From an uncultured Chloroflexia bacterium (GTDB lineage Bacteria > Chloroflexota > Anaerolineae > Anaerolineales > DRKV01): a DNA stretch of 64,000 nt. A program made the position numbers and the translations under genes. This document shows, piece by piece, positions 30,046 to 39,394 of the stretch. The stretch covers positions 435,825 through 499,824 of the forward strand of contig CAWGNX010000001.1 in the NCBI GenBank assembly GCA_963824065.1, read 5' to 3'. The number at the start of each line of letters is the position of its first letter. The first letter of the stretch is position 1. Under the pieces are notes generated by a model. The model saw nothing but the letters and a program-made list of their open reading frames with translations, was not told the DNA's origin and ran no database searches.

Positions 30046-31950
30046 ATGCGTTCAAAAGCAGTTTCTCCCAATACCTTACCCTCCACGGTCGATGTCTTCA
30101 GCCAGGTGATGGTTGCTTTACTGGGCGGTGTATTTCTGTTTGCTGCCACGCTGGTAATCATTGCCTTGGCCTTCAATGTGTATTACAGCGGCAAAGTTTT
30201 CCCAGGGGTATCGGCTGCCGGGGTAGATCTCTCTGGCCTGCCTGCCGAAGAAGCTGCCGCTCGCCTGACCGGCCGCCTGACCTATCCGGTCACCGGGCGA
30301 GTCGTCCTCCAGGACGGCACCCGGATGTGGGTTGCTTCGCCGCAAGAAACCGGCCTTTTCCTGAGCGCAGACGCCACCGCCCAACAGGCCCTCGAATGGG
30401 GCCGGCGCGGCGGTCCGGCTGCGCGCCTCACTGAGCAATTCCGCGCCTGGTTTTATGGAACACTTCTGCCACCTCTGCTGATCTTCGACGAACGCCAGGG
30501 CCAGACCTACCTTGAAAATCTAGCTTCCGAAATCAACATCCCGACGGTCGAGGCCTCGCTTCAGGTCAATGGGCTGGAAGTGGTTGTCCAGCCTGGGCAG
30601 GTTGGGCGCACATTGGACGTACCCGCTTCCCTGCAGTCGCTGCGCGCCCAGGTGGAAACCATCAAAGATGGGATCGTTCCCCTGGTGGTCGTCGAAACCG
30701 CCCCAGCCATTCTGGACGCTACCCAGCAGGCAGAAATTGCCCGCACCATCCTCCAGGCTCCCCTGACCCTGCGTGTGCCCGGCGCGGGTGAGGACGGCCC
30801 CGGCCCGTGGGTCTTCCAGCCTGAGGAGCTGGCGGGGATGCTGAGCATTGAGCGCGCCTCCCTGCCAGAAGGCGATCAATACCAGGTCGGGCTGGACACC
30901 GCCCAGGTGAGCACCCTGCTGGACACAATCGCTCCCGATTTATCCCAGGCGCCTGCCAATGCCCATTTTATTTTTAATGATGAGACCCGCCAGCTCGAAG
31001 AGATCCAGCCGGCTGTGATTGGGCGCACTTTGATGGTTGAGGAAACCCTGCTCAAGATCAACGAGGCGCTGCGCAGCGGGGAGCACAATATTGGATTGGA
31101 ATTTGACTATGTGGAACCGCTTGTCGGAGATGACGCGACCGCTGAAAGCCTGGGAATTACCGAGCTGGTAAGCGAGCACACATCGTTCTTCTATGGTTCG
31201 AGCGGAGCCCGTATCCAGAACATCACCACCGCTGCCAGCCGCTTTCACGGCGTGTTGGTTCCACCGGGTGGGACCTTCTCAATGGCTGAAGTGCTCGGCG
31301 ATGTGAGCCTGGATAACGGCTACGCAGAAGCATTGATCATTTACGGTGACCGCACCATCAAGGGTGTGGGCGGCGGGGTCTGCCAGGTAAGCACTACCTT
31401 GTTCCGCACCGTCTTTTTTGGCGGCTTCCCGATTGTTGAACGCAATCCGCATGCTTACCGGGTTTCGTATTACGAACAGCGCGCCGATGGCAGCGTGAAT
31501 CCAAACCTGGCGGGCCTGGATGCGACCGTATTCGTGCCTTACGTTGATTTTAAGTTCACCAATGACACGCAAAACTGGCTGTTGATGGAAACCTACGTCA
31601 ACCCGGGAGCCCGTACCCTGACCTGGAAGTTTTATTCAACCTCTGACGGGCGCACGGTAGATTGGGAAACCACCGGTCCGACCAACGTCGAGCCTGCCCC
31701 CGACCCAGCTTACAATGAAAACGCAGAGCTGTCCAAAGGCACCATCAAGCAGGTGGATTGGGAAGCCGACGGCGCCGACATCACCGTGACCCGCACAGTC
31801 ACCAGGGACGGACAGGTGTACCTGTCTGACACCATCTACACTCACTACATGCCCTGGCAGGCAGTCTACGAATACGGGCCGGGCACCAAACTCCCCAAAG
31901 ATGCCCGCGAACTCGGGCGATTGAGCGGCAGTCTCCAGCCGGTCTATTGA
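30046..31950 (+). CDS. VanW-family protein (N-terminal TM anchor, peptidoglycan-binding-like repeats)
   Basis: The VanW core GGGVCQVSTTLFRTVFFGGFPIVERNPHAYRVSYYE is present. Confidence 0.85.
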   Translation: MRSKAVSPNTLPSTVDVFSQVMVALLGGVFLFAATLVIIALAFNVYYSGKVFPGVSAAGVDLSGLPAEEAAARLTGRLTYPVTGRVVLQDGTRMWVASPQETGLFLSADATAQQALEWGRRGGPAARLTEQFRAWFYGTLLPPLLIFDERQGQTYLENLASEINIPTVEASLQVNGLEVVVQPGQVGRTLDVPASLQSLRAQVETIKDGIVPLVVVETAPAILDATQQAEIARTILQAPLTLRVPGAGEDGPGPWVFQPEELAGMLSIERASLPEGDQYQVGLDTAQVSTLLDTIAPDLSQAPANAHFIFNDETRQLEEIQPAVIGRTLMVEETLLKINEALRSGEHNIGLEFDYVEPLVGDDATAESLGITELVSEHTSFFYGSSGARIQNITTAASRFHGVLVPPGGTFSMAEVLGDVSLDNGYAEALIIYGDRTIKGVGGGVCQVSTTLFRTVFFGGFPIVERNPHAYRVSYYEQRADGSVNPNLAGLDATVFVPYVDFKFTNDTQNWLLMETYVNPGARTLTWKFYSTSDGRTVDWETTGPTNVEPAPDPAYNENAELSKGTIKQVDWEADGADITVTRTVTRDGQVYLSDTIYTHYMPWQAVYEYGPGTKLPKDARELGRLSGSLQPVY

Positions 31951-32228
31951 ACCGCCAAACCTTTGTAGACGTCCATCGCGTTGGGTATGGGATTTTACTC
32001 CGGAAGAAACCAGCTGGTTTTTCGCCTGTGAATGCAGCGATGAAGATGCCTGGGACAGCTATTGTTCTGTTTGAAAGCTCTGCTCTAGGAGACATGGCTT
32101 TCAAATGCGAGGGTTTGCGAACGCTTTGGTGCAAGTTTGCCCACCTAGTTCTCGCTTTCTATAAAAACCCTGCCCTAAGACATTTGTAACGTTGATTTTT
32201 ATTGAGTTATGTGAGAAACTTAAAGTTG

Positions 32229-32271
32229 CCTCGTTGCAGGGTGCCCCCCTCACCTTGTGACGAGGTTTTTT
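32229..32271 (+). terminator. Intrinsic terminator about 280 nt downstream of the VanW gene
   Basis: The outer stem CCTCGT / ACGAGG encloses an inner imperfect helix and is followed by T6. Confidence 0.55.
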
Positions 32272-32280
32272 ATTCCTTCC

Positions 32281-32309
32281 TTGCAGGCAAATCCAATCAC
32301 AACTATAAT
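32281..32309 (+). promoter_or_regulatory. Candidate promoter for the Trm112-like/HEAT genes
   Basis: TTGCAG (32281-32286), a 17-nt spacer and TATAAT (32304-32309). Confidence 0.45.
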
Positions 32310-32348
32310 TCCACCGAATTATTCACCATACCACGATAAGGAACACAG

Positions 32349-32591
32349 ATGACAGAAGCGGAAGAACTGCCCATCAGCAAGGATTTGCTCGAAATTTTGC
32401 GCTGCCCTGCTTGTGTTCGCGAAACCGAAGGCCTGCTGGACCTTGTGAAAAACGCCTGGCTGGTTTGCCAGGACTGCAGTCGTAAATACCCGATCAGCGA
32501 TGGTATTCCAGTCATGTTGATCGACGAAGGGGATAAATGGCGTGAGACTGCCGTGGAGAATCTCCCGGTCCCACCTCCACGTCCAGCATAG
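32349..32591 (+). CDS. Trm112-family zinc-ribbon protein
   Basis: LLEILRCPACV...LVCQDCSRKYPISDGIPVMLIDE. Confidence 0.8.
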   Translation: MTEAEELPISKDLLEILRCPACVRETEGLLDLVKNAWLVCQDCSRKYPISDGIPVMLIDEGDKWRETAVENLPVPPPRPA

Positions 32592-32601
32592 GAAAAATCT
32601 A

Positions 32602-33180
32602 TTGACTGATTTATACGCACTGGTTACTGAACTGACCTGTGGCGATGAAGCGCGTGCCGAGAAAGCCGCCCTGGGTCTCGCCGTTTACCATTCTCAGGCC
32701 ATTCCGGTCTTAAAATCTCTGTTGAGCTCACCGGATGAAGACACCCGCTGGTGGGCCACGCGTGCCCTGGGTGGCATCCAGGAACCGCAAGTCACTCCAT
32801 TGCTCCTGCGTTCCTTACGAGATAAGGAAAAGAGCATCCAATATTGTGCCGCAGTAGCATTGCGCGAACAACCTGACATCACCGCTATCCCGGCACTCGT
32901 TTCGCTGCTTGGCAATAAAGATACCGTCCTCGCGCGCCTGGCAGCCGATGCCCTGGCAGTGATTGGCCCGCCTGCGACACCCGCCTTGATTGCCGTGATG
33001 GACAACGGCTCCCATCAGGAATTGCTGAATGCTGTGCGTGCACTCTCAAAAATTGGCGATTACCGGGCGATTCCTTCGCTCTACAAAGCGCTGGATCACG
33101 ATTCGATTGTAATCCAGCACTGGGCCGATAAAGGTCTCGATGACCTGGGTGTGGGCATGTCATTTTTTGAGCCCGAATAA
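32602..33180 (+). CDS. HEAT-repeat (PBS-lyase-type) protein
   Basis: It has repeated units of the form xxDxxVRxxAxxALGxIGxPxAIPxL. The likely start is TTG 32602; the longer ORF from 32542 overlaps the upstream gene. Confidence 0.7.
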   Translation: MTDLYALVTELTCGDEARAEKAALGLAVYHSQAIPVLKSLLSSPDEDTRWWATRALGGIQEPQVTPLLLRSLRDKEKSIQYCAAVALREQPDITAIPALVSLLGNKDTVLARLAADALAVIGPPATPALIAVMDNGSHQELLNAVRALSKIGDYRAIPSLYKALDHDSIVIQHWADKGLDDLGVGMSFFEPE

Positions 33181-33212
33181 GATCACCCGGTCTGCGGATC
33201 GCAGCGCGTGCT

Positions 33213-33713
33213 TCAACCGCGCCACACCCAGATTAACCAACAAGCAATCATCAGCAGCCCTACACCGAACCGAGCCGCAAAAGAGAGACCGTAGCCCGTC
33301 AGCATCCCTTTAATCGTGTTTATGGCTCCCCGATGGCTGCCCTGGCGGTAAACTTCATAGACGTAAACAGCCAGGGGTGCCGTTATCAACCCGCCAAACG
33401 GCGGCATCAACAACGTTCCGGCCACTCCCGCCAGAAACCCAATTCCAAGGGCCAGCCAGGATGCCCCGCCCTGCTTGGCACCGGCTCCCATCAGGATATT
33501 ATCTGCCAGCGAGCCGACCACCATCATCACGGTCATGATGCCAAACATCCACCAGGCCAGGGTCCCAAAACCGGTAACAATTCCATAACCCAGCCCCGCC
33601 AGCCAGATGATAAATAATCCTGGTACGAAAGGAATCAGGCTGCCGAACAATCCAGCAGCCATCACGACAATCGCCAGGATTCTGGCCGAAGCATCAATCC
33701 ATTCAAGGATCAA
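33213..33713 (-). CDS. DUF456-family membrane protein
   Basis: The sequence [19 protein letters not shown]...[11 protein letters not shown] matches DUF456. A TTG at 33713 overlaps the serS stop (TTGA). The alternative start at 33755 would overlap serS by 46 nt. Confidence 0.7.
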   Translation of the reverse strand: MILEWIDASARILAIVVMAAGLFGSLIPFVPGLFIIWLAGLGYGIVTGFGTLAWWMFGIMTVMMVVGSLADNILMGAGAKQGGASWLALGIGFLAGVAGTLLMPPFGGLITAPLAVYVYEVYRQGSHRGAINTIKGMLTGYGLSFAARFGVGLLMIACWLIWVWRG

Positions 33714-34992
33714 AGATGGTGCTCCGGATGGATCACATCCACACCACCCATCCACGGGCGCAGCACTGGGGGGACAACTACCGAGCCATCTGCCTGCTGG
33801 TAATTCTCCAGCACAGCAATCAATGTACGCGGCAGGCCCAGGCCCGACCCGTTAAGTGTGTGGATTGTTTGCGGTCGGCCTCCACCTGTTGGTCGGTACT
33901 TGATGTTAGCCCGGCGGCCTTGAAAATCTCCCGCATTCGACACCGACGAAACTTCCAGCCATTCACCCACCCCTGGCGACCAAACCTCGAGATCATAGGT
34001 TCGCCGCATGGCAAAACCCAGGTCACCGGTGCACAGTTCCAACACCCGGTATGCCAGCCCCAACTCAGCGCAGGTTTGCTCGGCGTCTGCCAGCATTTTG
34101 GCGTGCATCTGTTGGGACTCATCCGGACGGCAGTAAATATACATCTCGACTTTATCAAACTGGTGACCGCGTTTGATGCCGCGCACATCCCTACCAGCGC
34201 TCATTTTCTCTCGTCGGAAACAAGGTGTATAAGCAGTATAGTAATACGGCAGCCCATCCTCTTCCAGGATTTCATCCATGTGCAGGCCGGTTAACGATAC
34301 CTCGGCCGTTGGTACCATCCACAAATCTTCTTCGGCATCCCGGTACAGGTTATCGTAGAACTTGGGCAGTTGCGCGGCGGCGAATAGCGTCTGCTCTTTG
34401 ACCATGAATGGTGTATATTTTTCCGTATAACCCTGGCGGATGTGCAGATCGAGCATCCAGGCAATCAGCGCCCGCTGCAGGCGCGCGCCTGCTCCACTGA
34501 GCACGTAAAAACGCGAGCCTGTAATCTTTACTCCTTGCTCGAAATTCAGGATTCCCAGCGCAGGTCCCAGATCCCAGTGCGGCCTGGGCTCAAAATCGAA
34601 CAGGCGTTTTTCCCCATCGTACGCACGACGACGTTTTCGCTGTCATCTTTGCCGTACGGCACAGTTTCGTCCGGGATGTTAGGAATCGCATAGAGCAGTT
34701 TGTCCAGATCGATCTCAACTTCCCGCAAGCGTTCATCCAGGGCAGCGATATTTTCACCCACCACGCGCATAGCATCAATCTTTGCCTGGCGCTCCCCCGC
34801 ATCTTTCATTCGCCCTATTTCCTTCGAAACGGCATTCCGTTCCGCTTTCAAAACCTCAACTTCTTGAATCAAATCTCGCCGGCGCGTATCCAACGCCAGC
34901 ACATCGTCGACCAGACCTGGATCCATTTGGCGGACCGTGAGGGAATTACGCACGATTTCCGGTTTTTCTCGAAACAGGTTGATATCTAGCAT
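33710..34992 (-). pseudogene. serS: Serine--tRNA ligase, split by a 1-nt deletion as read (probably sequence error)
   Basis: ORF 34546..34992 gives the coiled-coil N-domain up to ...[13 protein letters not shown] 33710..34504 and its upstream phase continue with (K)[47 protein letters not shown]... The junction is a 5-nt homopolymer run at 34607-34611 (A on the coding strand), where 6 would restore the frame. Confidence 0.9.
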
Positions 34993-35009
34993 GGTTCCAC
35001 CTCCGAAGG

Positions 35010-35282
35010 TAAGCAGGTAATATACGCCCCCTCGCCAGCAGGACGAGGGGGCGCTCGTGGTGCCACCTGCTTTTGCAGCCCTCTTCGGAGAACTGCCTCA
35101 TTCCAACGCGCTAACGGGCGCTTCCGGCCTCCCTTACAGCAGGTTGCAGCCTGCTCCTGCGGAAGGCGACTGGCTCGCCGCCAGCGGAGTGGATTTCACC
35201 GTACTACCCACTGCCTTGCACCGGGCGGCAGCTCTCTGGTGGGGAATCACGGTTACTCAGCTCCGCGCAAGTCGTTCTATAT
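35010..35282 (-). promoter_or_regulatory. T-box leader upstream of serS
   Basis: On the minus strand the leader contains an AGAGAG box. It also has AGTA...GAAATCCA, a specifier-loop-like segment where UCC (Ser) followed by A is possible. The T-box sequence AGCAGGTGGCACCACGAGCG (35071-35052) overlaps the 5' arm of a 10-bp GC hairpin CGCCCCCTCG / CGAGGGGGCG (35025-35053). Confidence 0.75.
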
Positions 35283-35288
35283 GCTCGC

Positions 35289-35316
35289 ATTATACCCAAG
35301 CGAGTTAAACTGTCAA
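35289..35316 (-). promoter_or_regulatory. Near-consensus promoter of the serS T-box leader
   Basis: On the minus strand, TTGACA (35316-35311), a 16-nt spacer and TATAAT (35294-35289). Confidence 0.6.
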
Positions 35317-35357
35317 GCGCTGCCTGTATGATTTGCGAACCTGGGCAGCAGCTGGTC

Positions 35358-36887
35358 CTAATCTTCGCGCTCCCTCAGGTGCGGAAACAGGATCACTTCG
35401 CGAATGTTGGGTTGGTCGGTCAGCAGCATTGTCAGGCGATCTACACCCATGCCAAACCCACCATTGGGCGGCATACCGTAGCGCATGGCACGTAAATAAT
35501 CCTCATCGATCGGATGCAGCTCTTCATCATCAATGTCAAATGCCTGCGCCATCTCCAAAAAGCGCGCTTCCTGGTCCAGGGGGTCATTGAGTTCGGTAAA
35601 CGCATTTAACAGCTCCATACCACCCAAAAAGCCCTCAAAACGTTCCACGATAGTCGGATCACCAGGCTTGCTCTTCGCCAGTGGCGAGATATCCCGCGGG
35701 TAATCGTACATAAACGTGGGCTGGATCAGGTTGGGCTCCACGAAATCACCCAACATTCCTTCGATCAATTTGCCGCGCGGCGCATCTGGATCCGGATTGT
35801 ACCCTTTCACCCGCATGGCAGCCAGCAGGCCTGCCTGCGTCGGGTGGGCATCGATGTCGATCCCGGTAGCATCCAATAAGGCTTCCCTTAATTCGATGCG
35901 CAACCAGGGGCGGCCCAGGTCAATTTCATTGCCCTGGTAGTTAAAGGTCGTCTGCCCCAGCACCTGCATGGCTACAAACCGCAGCATTTCTTCAGTGAGA
36001 GCCATAACCGCTTTGTAATCGGCATACGCCCAGTAAAATTCCATTTGGGTAAATTCCGGGTTGTGCTTAAAAGATACGCCTTCATTGCGGAAGTCGCGCC
36101 CAATCTCATAAACCCGTTCGTAGCCGCCTACCAGCAGTCGCTTGAGATACAGTTCGAAGGAAATGCGCAAATACAGGTCCTGGTGCAGTTGGTTGTGGTG
36201 GGTAATAAATGGGCGGGCCGCTGCGCCCCCATACAGCGGCTGAAGGATGGGAGTTTCCACTTCCAGGAAACCATGATCATCCATAAACTGGCGCAGGGAA
36301 CGGATGATCCGCGCCCGCGCCCGGAAGACATCTCGCACATCCGGATTTACCGCCAGATCAGCATAGCGCTGGCGATAGCGCGTTTCGGGATCCGAAAGCA
36401 GCGCATGCCGCACGACTTCTCCCTCCACGATTTCGTCCTTGTCAGCCGGTAGAGGCGTAACCGCCTTGGCAAGCATGCGGATATTCTTCACTCGCAAGGT
36501 AACTTCACCGCTCCGGGTGCGGAACATTTCTCCACTGGCCTGCAAAAAATCGCCCAGATCAAATTCCCGGTTGAAAAGGGTCATGGTTTCTTCACCCAGA
36601 TCGTTGACCCGCATAAAGAGCTGCAGCCGACCCGAGCCATCTTCGATATGGGCAAACGAAATTTTTCCCATTTGGCGCAAGGCGCGCAGCCGCCCGACGA
36701 CCGTCACCCACACGGGATCACTTTCCAGGGTCCCTTCTGCCTCACCTGCTTCGAATTCGAGGATTGCCTGTTGATTGGCATGCGTCCGTTCGACCCGATG
36801 GGGATAGGGGTCGATTCCCTGCGCTTTCAGCCGTTCGATTTTGTCAAGCCGATTGCGTTCGAGTTGAGTATAAACTTTGGCCATCAT
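35358..36887 (-). CDS. lysS: Lysine--tRNA ligase (class II)
   Basis: Full-length class II LysRS with an N-terminal OB fold and motifs 1-3 (...GGFGMGVDRLTMLL...). Confidence 0.95.
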   Translation of the reverse strand: MMAKVYTQLERNRLDKIERLKAQGIDPYPHRVERTHANQQAILEFEAGEAEGTLESDPVWVTVVGRLRALRQMGKISFAHIEDGSGRLQLFMRVNDLGEETMTLFNREFDLGDFLQASGEMFRTRSGEVTLRVKNIRMLAKAVTPLPADKDEIVEGEVVRHALLSDPETRYRQRYADLAVNPDVRDVFRARARIIRSLRQFMDDHGFLEVETPILQPLYGGAAARPFITHHNQLHQDLYLRISFELYLKRLLVGGYERVYEIGRDFRNEGVSFKHNPEFTQMEFYWAYADYKAVMALTEEMLRFVAMQVLGQTTFNYQGNEIDLGRPWLRIELREALLDATGIDIDAHPTQAGLLAAMRVKGYNPDPDAPRGKLIEGMLGDFVEPNLIQPTFMYDYPRDISPLAKSKPGDPTIVERFEGFLGGMELLNAFTELNDPLDQEARFLEMAQAFDIDDEELHPIDEDYLRAMRYGMPPNGGFGMGVDRLTMLLTDQPNIREVILFPHLRERED

Positions 36888-36965
36888 CTAACCGCCTGTC
36901 GCTGCGAGAATTTGGATCCCTTGGAGAAAAAAGCCTGGCCCCAGGGGAGTTGTTTGGGATCGATT

Positions 36966-37002
36966 ATAAAAGAAAAAGCCCCGCGCCCATCATCGCGCGG
37001 GA
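36966..37002 (-). terminator. Intrinsic terminator of greA
   Basis: On the minus strand, the stem CCCGCGC / GCGCGGG is followed by GCTTTTTCTTTT. Confidence 0.6.
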
Positions 37003-37033
37003 CTTTCTTTGCTGAATCAAAAAAAGTCCCGGT

Positions 37034-37501
37034 TTATTCAAGCTTCAGGACGCGCACTGAAAAGGAGCCTTGCGGGGCTTCCACTGAAACCATATCGCCC
37101 ACCCGTTTGCCCATCAAAGAACGTCCCAATGGAGATTCATTGGAAACGCGTCCTTCGCGCGGGTTGGCTTCCGCAGCACCCACGATGACATACTCTTCTT
37201 CCTCGGCACCGTCTTCCTGGATGGTTACCCGGCTGCCGACCACAACGACATCCGTTTTTTCTGGTGCATCCACGACGCGTGCGTTGGATAGTAAGATTTC
37301 CAGCTCTTTGATCCGGCCTTCAACAAAGGCCTGCTCGTTTTTTGCGGCTTCGTATTCTGCGTCAGGATCGACGCCCAGGTCCCCGCCCTCCAGGGCTTCA
37401 TGCAGACGTTCTGCGACTTCCTGGCGCCGTACGGTGCGCAGGTATTCCAGCTCATCTTGAAGCCTGTTGTACCCCTCGCGGGTCAGGTATGATGTTGCCA
37501 T
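37034..37501 (-). CDS. greA: Transcription elongation factor GreA
   Basis: The N-terminus is MATSYLTREGYNRLQDELEYL... and the C-terminal domain reads ISNESPLGRSLMGKRVGD. Confidence 0.9.
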   Translation of the reverse strand: MATSYLTREGYNRLQDELEYLRTVRRQEVAERLHEALEGGDLGVDPDAEYEAAKNEQAFVEGRIKELEILLSNARVVDAPEKTDVVVVGSRVTIQEDGAEEEEYVIVGAAEANPREGRVSNESPLGRSLMGKRVGDMVSVEAPQGSFSVRVLKLE

Positions 37502-37848
37502 GTGCTTAATCCTATCTTCCTTCTGGTATTTAGAATTTTCCAAGCCTGATGGTAGGAATAAATATTGACCGCTGAAATCAGTTCAGGACTGGTGCAAGGT
37601 GATTGCCAGACCGCGGATCGTTTTGCCTGTATCGCTAATTACTTCTCGCCTGATTTCCAAAGCCTGAAATGAACTTTTCCTGCCAGGTAGGCTGCCGCTG
37701 CTCCAATATCCCGCCGGTAGCCCTGACCCTTCTTAAGAAAAGAAAGCCACTCCCGTGAAGTGCCTTGAATGGAAGCGTTTTCAGTTGCTATACAAAACCA
37801 GACGCGGCGTAATCGAGGTTGTCCTTCTGCCTCTTGCGCCGCACGCAG

Positions 37849-37877
37849 ATTTTAGCATAAGTTTTCTGCAATTGCAA
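37849..37877 (-). promoter_or_regulatory. Candidate promoter heading a ~350-nt region with no called gene upstream of greA
   Basis: On the minus strand, TTGCAA (37877-37872), a 17-nt spacer and TAAAAT (37854-37849). Confidence 0.4.
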
Positions 37878-37922
37878 GAATGGGTGGCAGTTCTTAAAAA
37901 AATACTAACAGTTTTCTAAGAA

Positions 37923-38696
37923 TCAATTGATTCCCGGCAGTTTGCGCCACAATTGCACGCCCTGGGCTCCATACTCCCGTAAATCGCTGCGCATGGCCTG
38001 CGCATCCTGCCAGAACGTGCTGATCTGCGTCTTATACGCAGCGACAGCCTCACCCCAGGCGTACAGGCCAGCTCCCGAAACCTGAAAAATCTGAGAATGC
38101 CAGCTTGCTTGCGGCAAGTGGATGCCCGGAATGCGCACGTACGGGTAATCCGCATAGTACCAGAGCTGTCTGCCGGTCAGTTCTGCCGCGCGGCGGACCA
38201 ATTGGTGGTCAACATGGCTGCCCAAAGCCAACGGGCATACGATCGCCGCTTGATCGGGGATCACCAGAGCCAGTTTGTCCGCAAGTTGGGTTACCAGGTC
38301 AATTTCCAGGGGGTGGAGCGGGCCGAACAACGCCATTTCGGTCGCGTAAAGCGGGTGATCTGGCTCGCCGGGCGCGCTGCGATAGATACAATCCGGCACC
38401 TCCAGCAGGCGCTGGCGGGCGCCCAGGATCCGACAGGCAGCTTTATCCTCCTGGCGGCGCACCCGCACAATTTCATCTGCTGTATCCGCAGTCATTCCTT
38501 GCTCAGGTTGTGGTTCCCAGCGTGCATGCAGCGCGGCAGCGAATGCTGAAATTGGCCCGCTGCCGGGCGTTCCGGCACAGATTGTCAGAATTTCTACCCT
38601 GCCCACCTGTGCCTGTTCCCAAACCAGGCCGCCGCAAGACAGAGCAACATCGTCAAAATGCGGTGAGAGATAGGTCCATCCGGAATTTGCTGGCAT
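37923..38696 (-). CDS. PIG-L/LmbE-family deacetylase
   Basis: The N-terminal motif is YLSPHFDDVALSCGG and a downstream HxDH motif (HVDH) is present. Confidence 0.85.
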   Translation of the reverse strand: MPANSGWTYLSPHFDDVALSCGGLVWEQAQVGRVEILTICAGTPGSGPISAFAAALHARWEPQPEQGMTADTADEIVRVRRQEDKAACRILGARQRLLEVPDCIYRSAPGEPDHPLYATEMALFGPLHPLEIDLVTQLADKLALVIPDQAAIVCPLALGSHVDHQLVRRAAELTGRQLWYYADYPYVRIPGIHLPQASWHSQIFQVSGAGLYAWGEAVAAYKTQISTFWQDAQAMRSDLREYGAQGVQLWRKLPGIN

Positions 38697-38809
38697 CGAT
38701 TGAAATTTACCAATGGAGTGTTACTGCTCGGATACCTGCACCCCTTCACAAAACGCTGTATCTACAGGCTGCCTACATTTTCGTTGGCATGCGAGATCGA
38801 TAGCATTCC

Positions 38810-39367
38810 TTGATTGGGATGCAGGCTAATGTTATCATTGATCGCGCTCCGAGAATTCCTCGTATGCAAAATGTATCGGATCGCCGCAAACGCAACCTCA
38901 CCACCCTGCTGATCGTTATCCTGGTTACCATCCCATGTTACTGCATCGGCCTGGTAATCGTCCAATTTGCACCTGAAGTGACTCCACTGCCAACCCGCAC
39001 TCCACCCGTCACCCGCACCTGGACTCCCAGCCCCTCACCGACCCTCACCGGAACCCCCACTCAAACCCCAACCGGAACATTGGTTACTCCGAGCCCAACT
39101 CATACCAGCACAATGACCGCTACCGCCACAGGCACCCAAACCCCCACGCAGACCTTTATACCCACATTGATTCCTCCCAGCGCGACTCTGCCGGCAACGA
39201 GCACCTTTACCCCAACCCCCTCCCAAACGCTTGTTCCCACCCCCACATTTACCGAACTACCGCCGGTTGCTACGACCCAACCCCCCGATGTAGCGACCAG
39301 TACTACCGCCCCACCCACTCCCAGCCCGACGGAAGAAGAGCCGCCGGCTCCCAGCGCGACACCTTAA
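38810..39367 (+). CDS. Membrane-anchored Pro/Thr-rich low-complexity protein
   Basis: One TM helix (LLIVILVTIPCYCIGLVIV) is followed by about 130 aa of PT-rich sequence. The start could instead be an internal ATG (MQNVSDRR). Confidence 0.55.
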   Translation: MIGMQANVIIDRAPRIPRMQNVSDRRKRNLTTLLIVILVTIPCYCIGLVIVQFAPEVTPLPTRTPPVTRTWTPSPSPTLTGTPTQTPTGTLVTPSPTHTSTMTATATGTQTPTQTFIPTLIPPSATLPATSTFTPTPSQTLVPTPTFTELPPVATTQPPDVATSTTAPPTPSPTEEEPPAPSATP

Positions 39368-39394
39368 ATTTCCTTTGATCCACGAAAGGCGGTT

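Noticed and set aside
36648-37460. 270-aa plus-strand ORF spanning the lysS start, the terminator and greA
   Set aside because: It lies antisense to two well-supported genes and crosses an intergenic terminator. Its Ser/Arg/Pro-rich composition is typical of a shadow ORF.
38990-39360. Periodic ACCCC/ACNCCN nucleotide pattern that could be mistaken for a repeat array or CRISPR
   Set aside because: It is simply the coding sequence of a Pro/Thr-rich low-complexity protein. There are no identical direct repeats with unique spacers and no cas genes.
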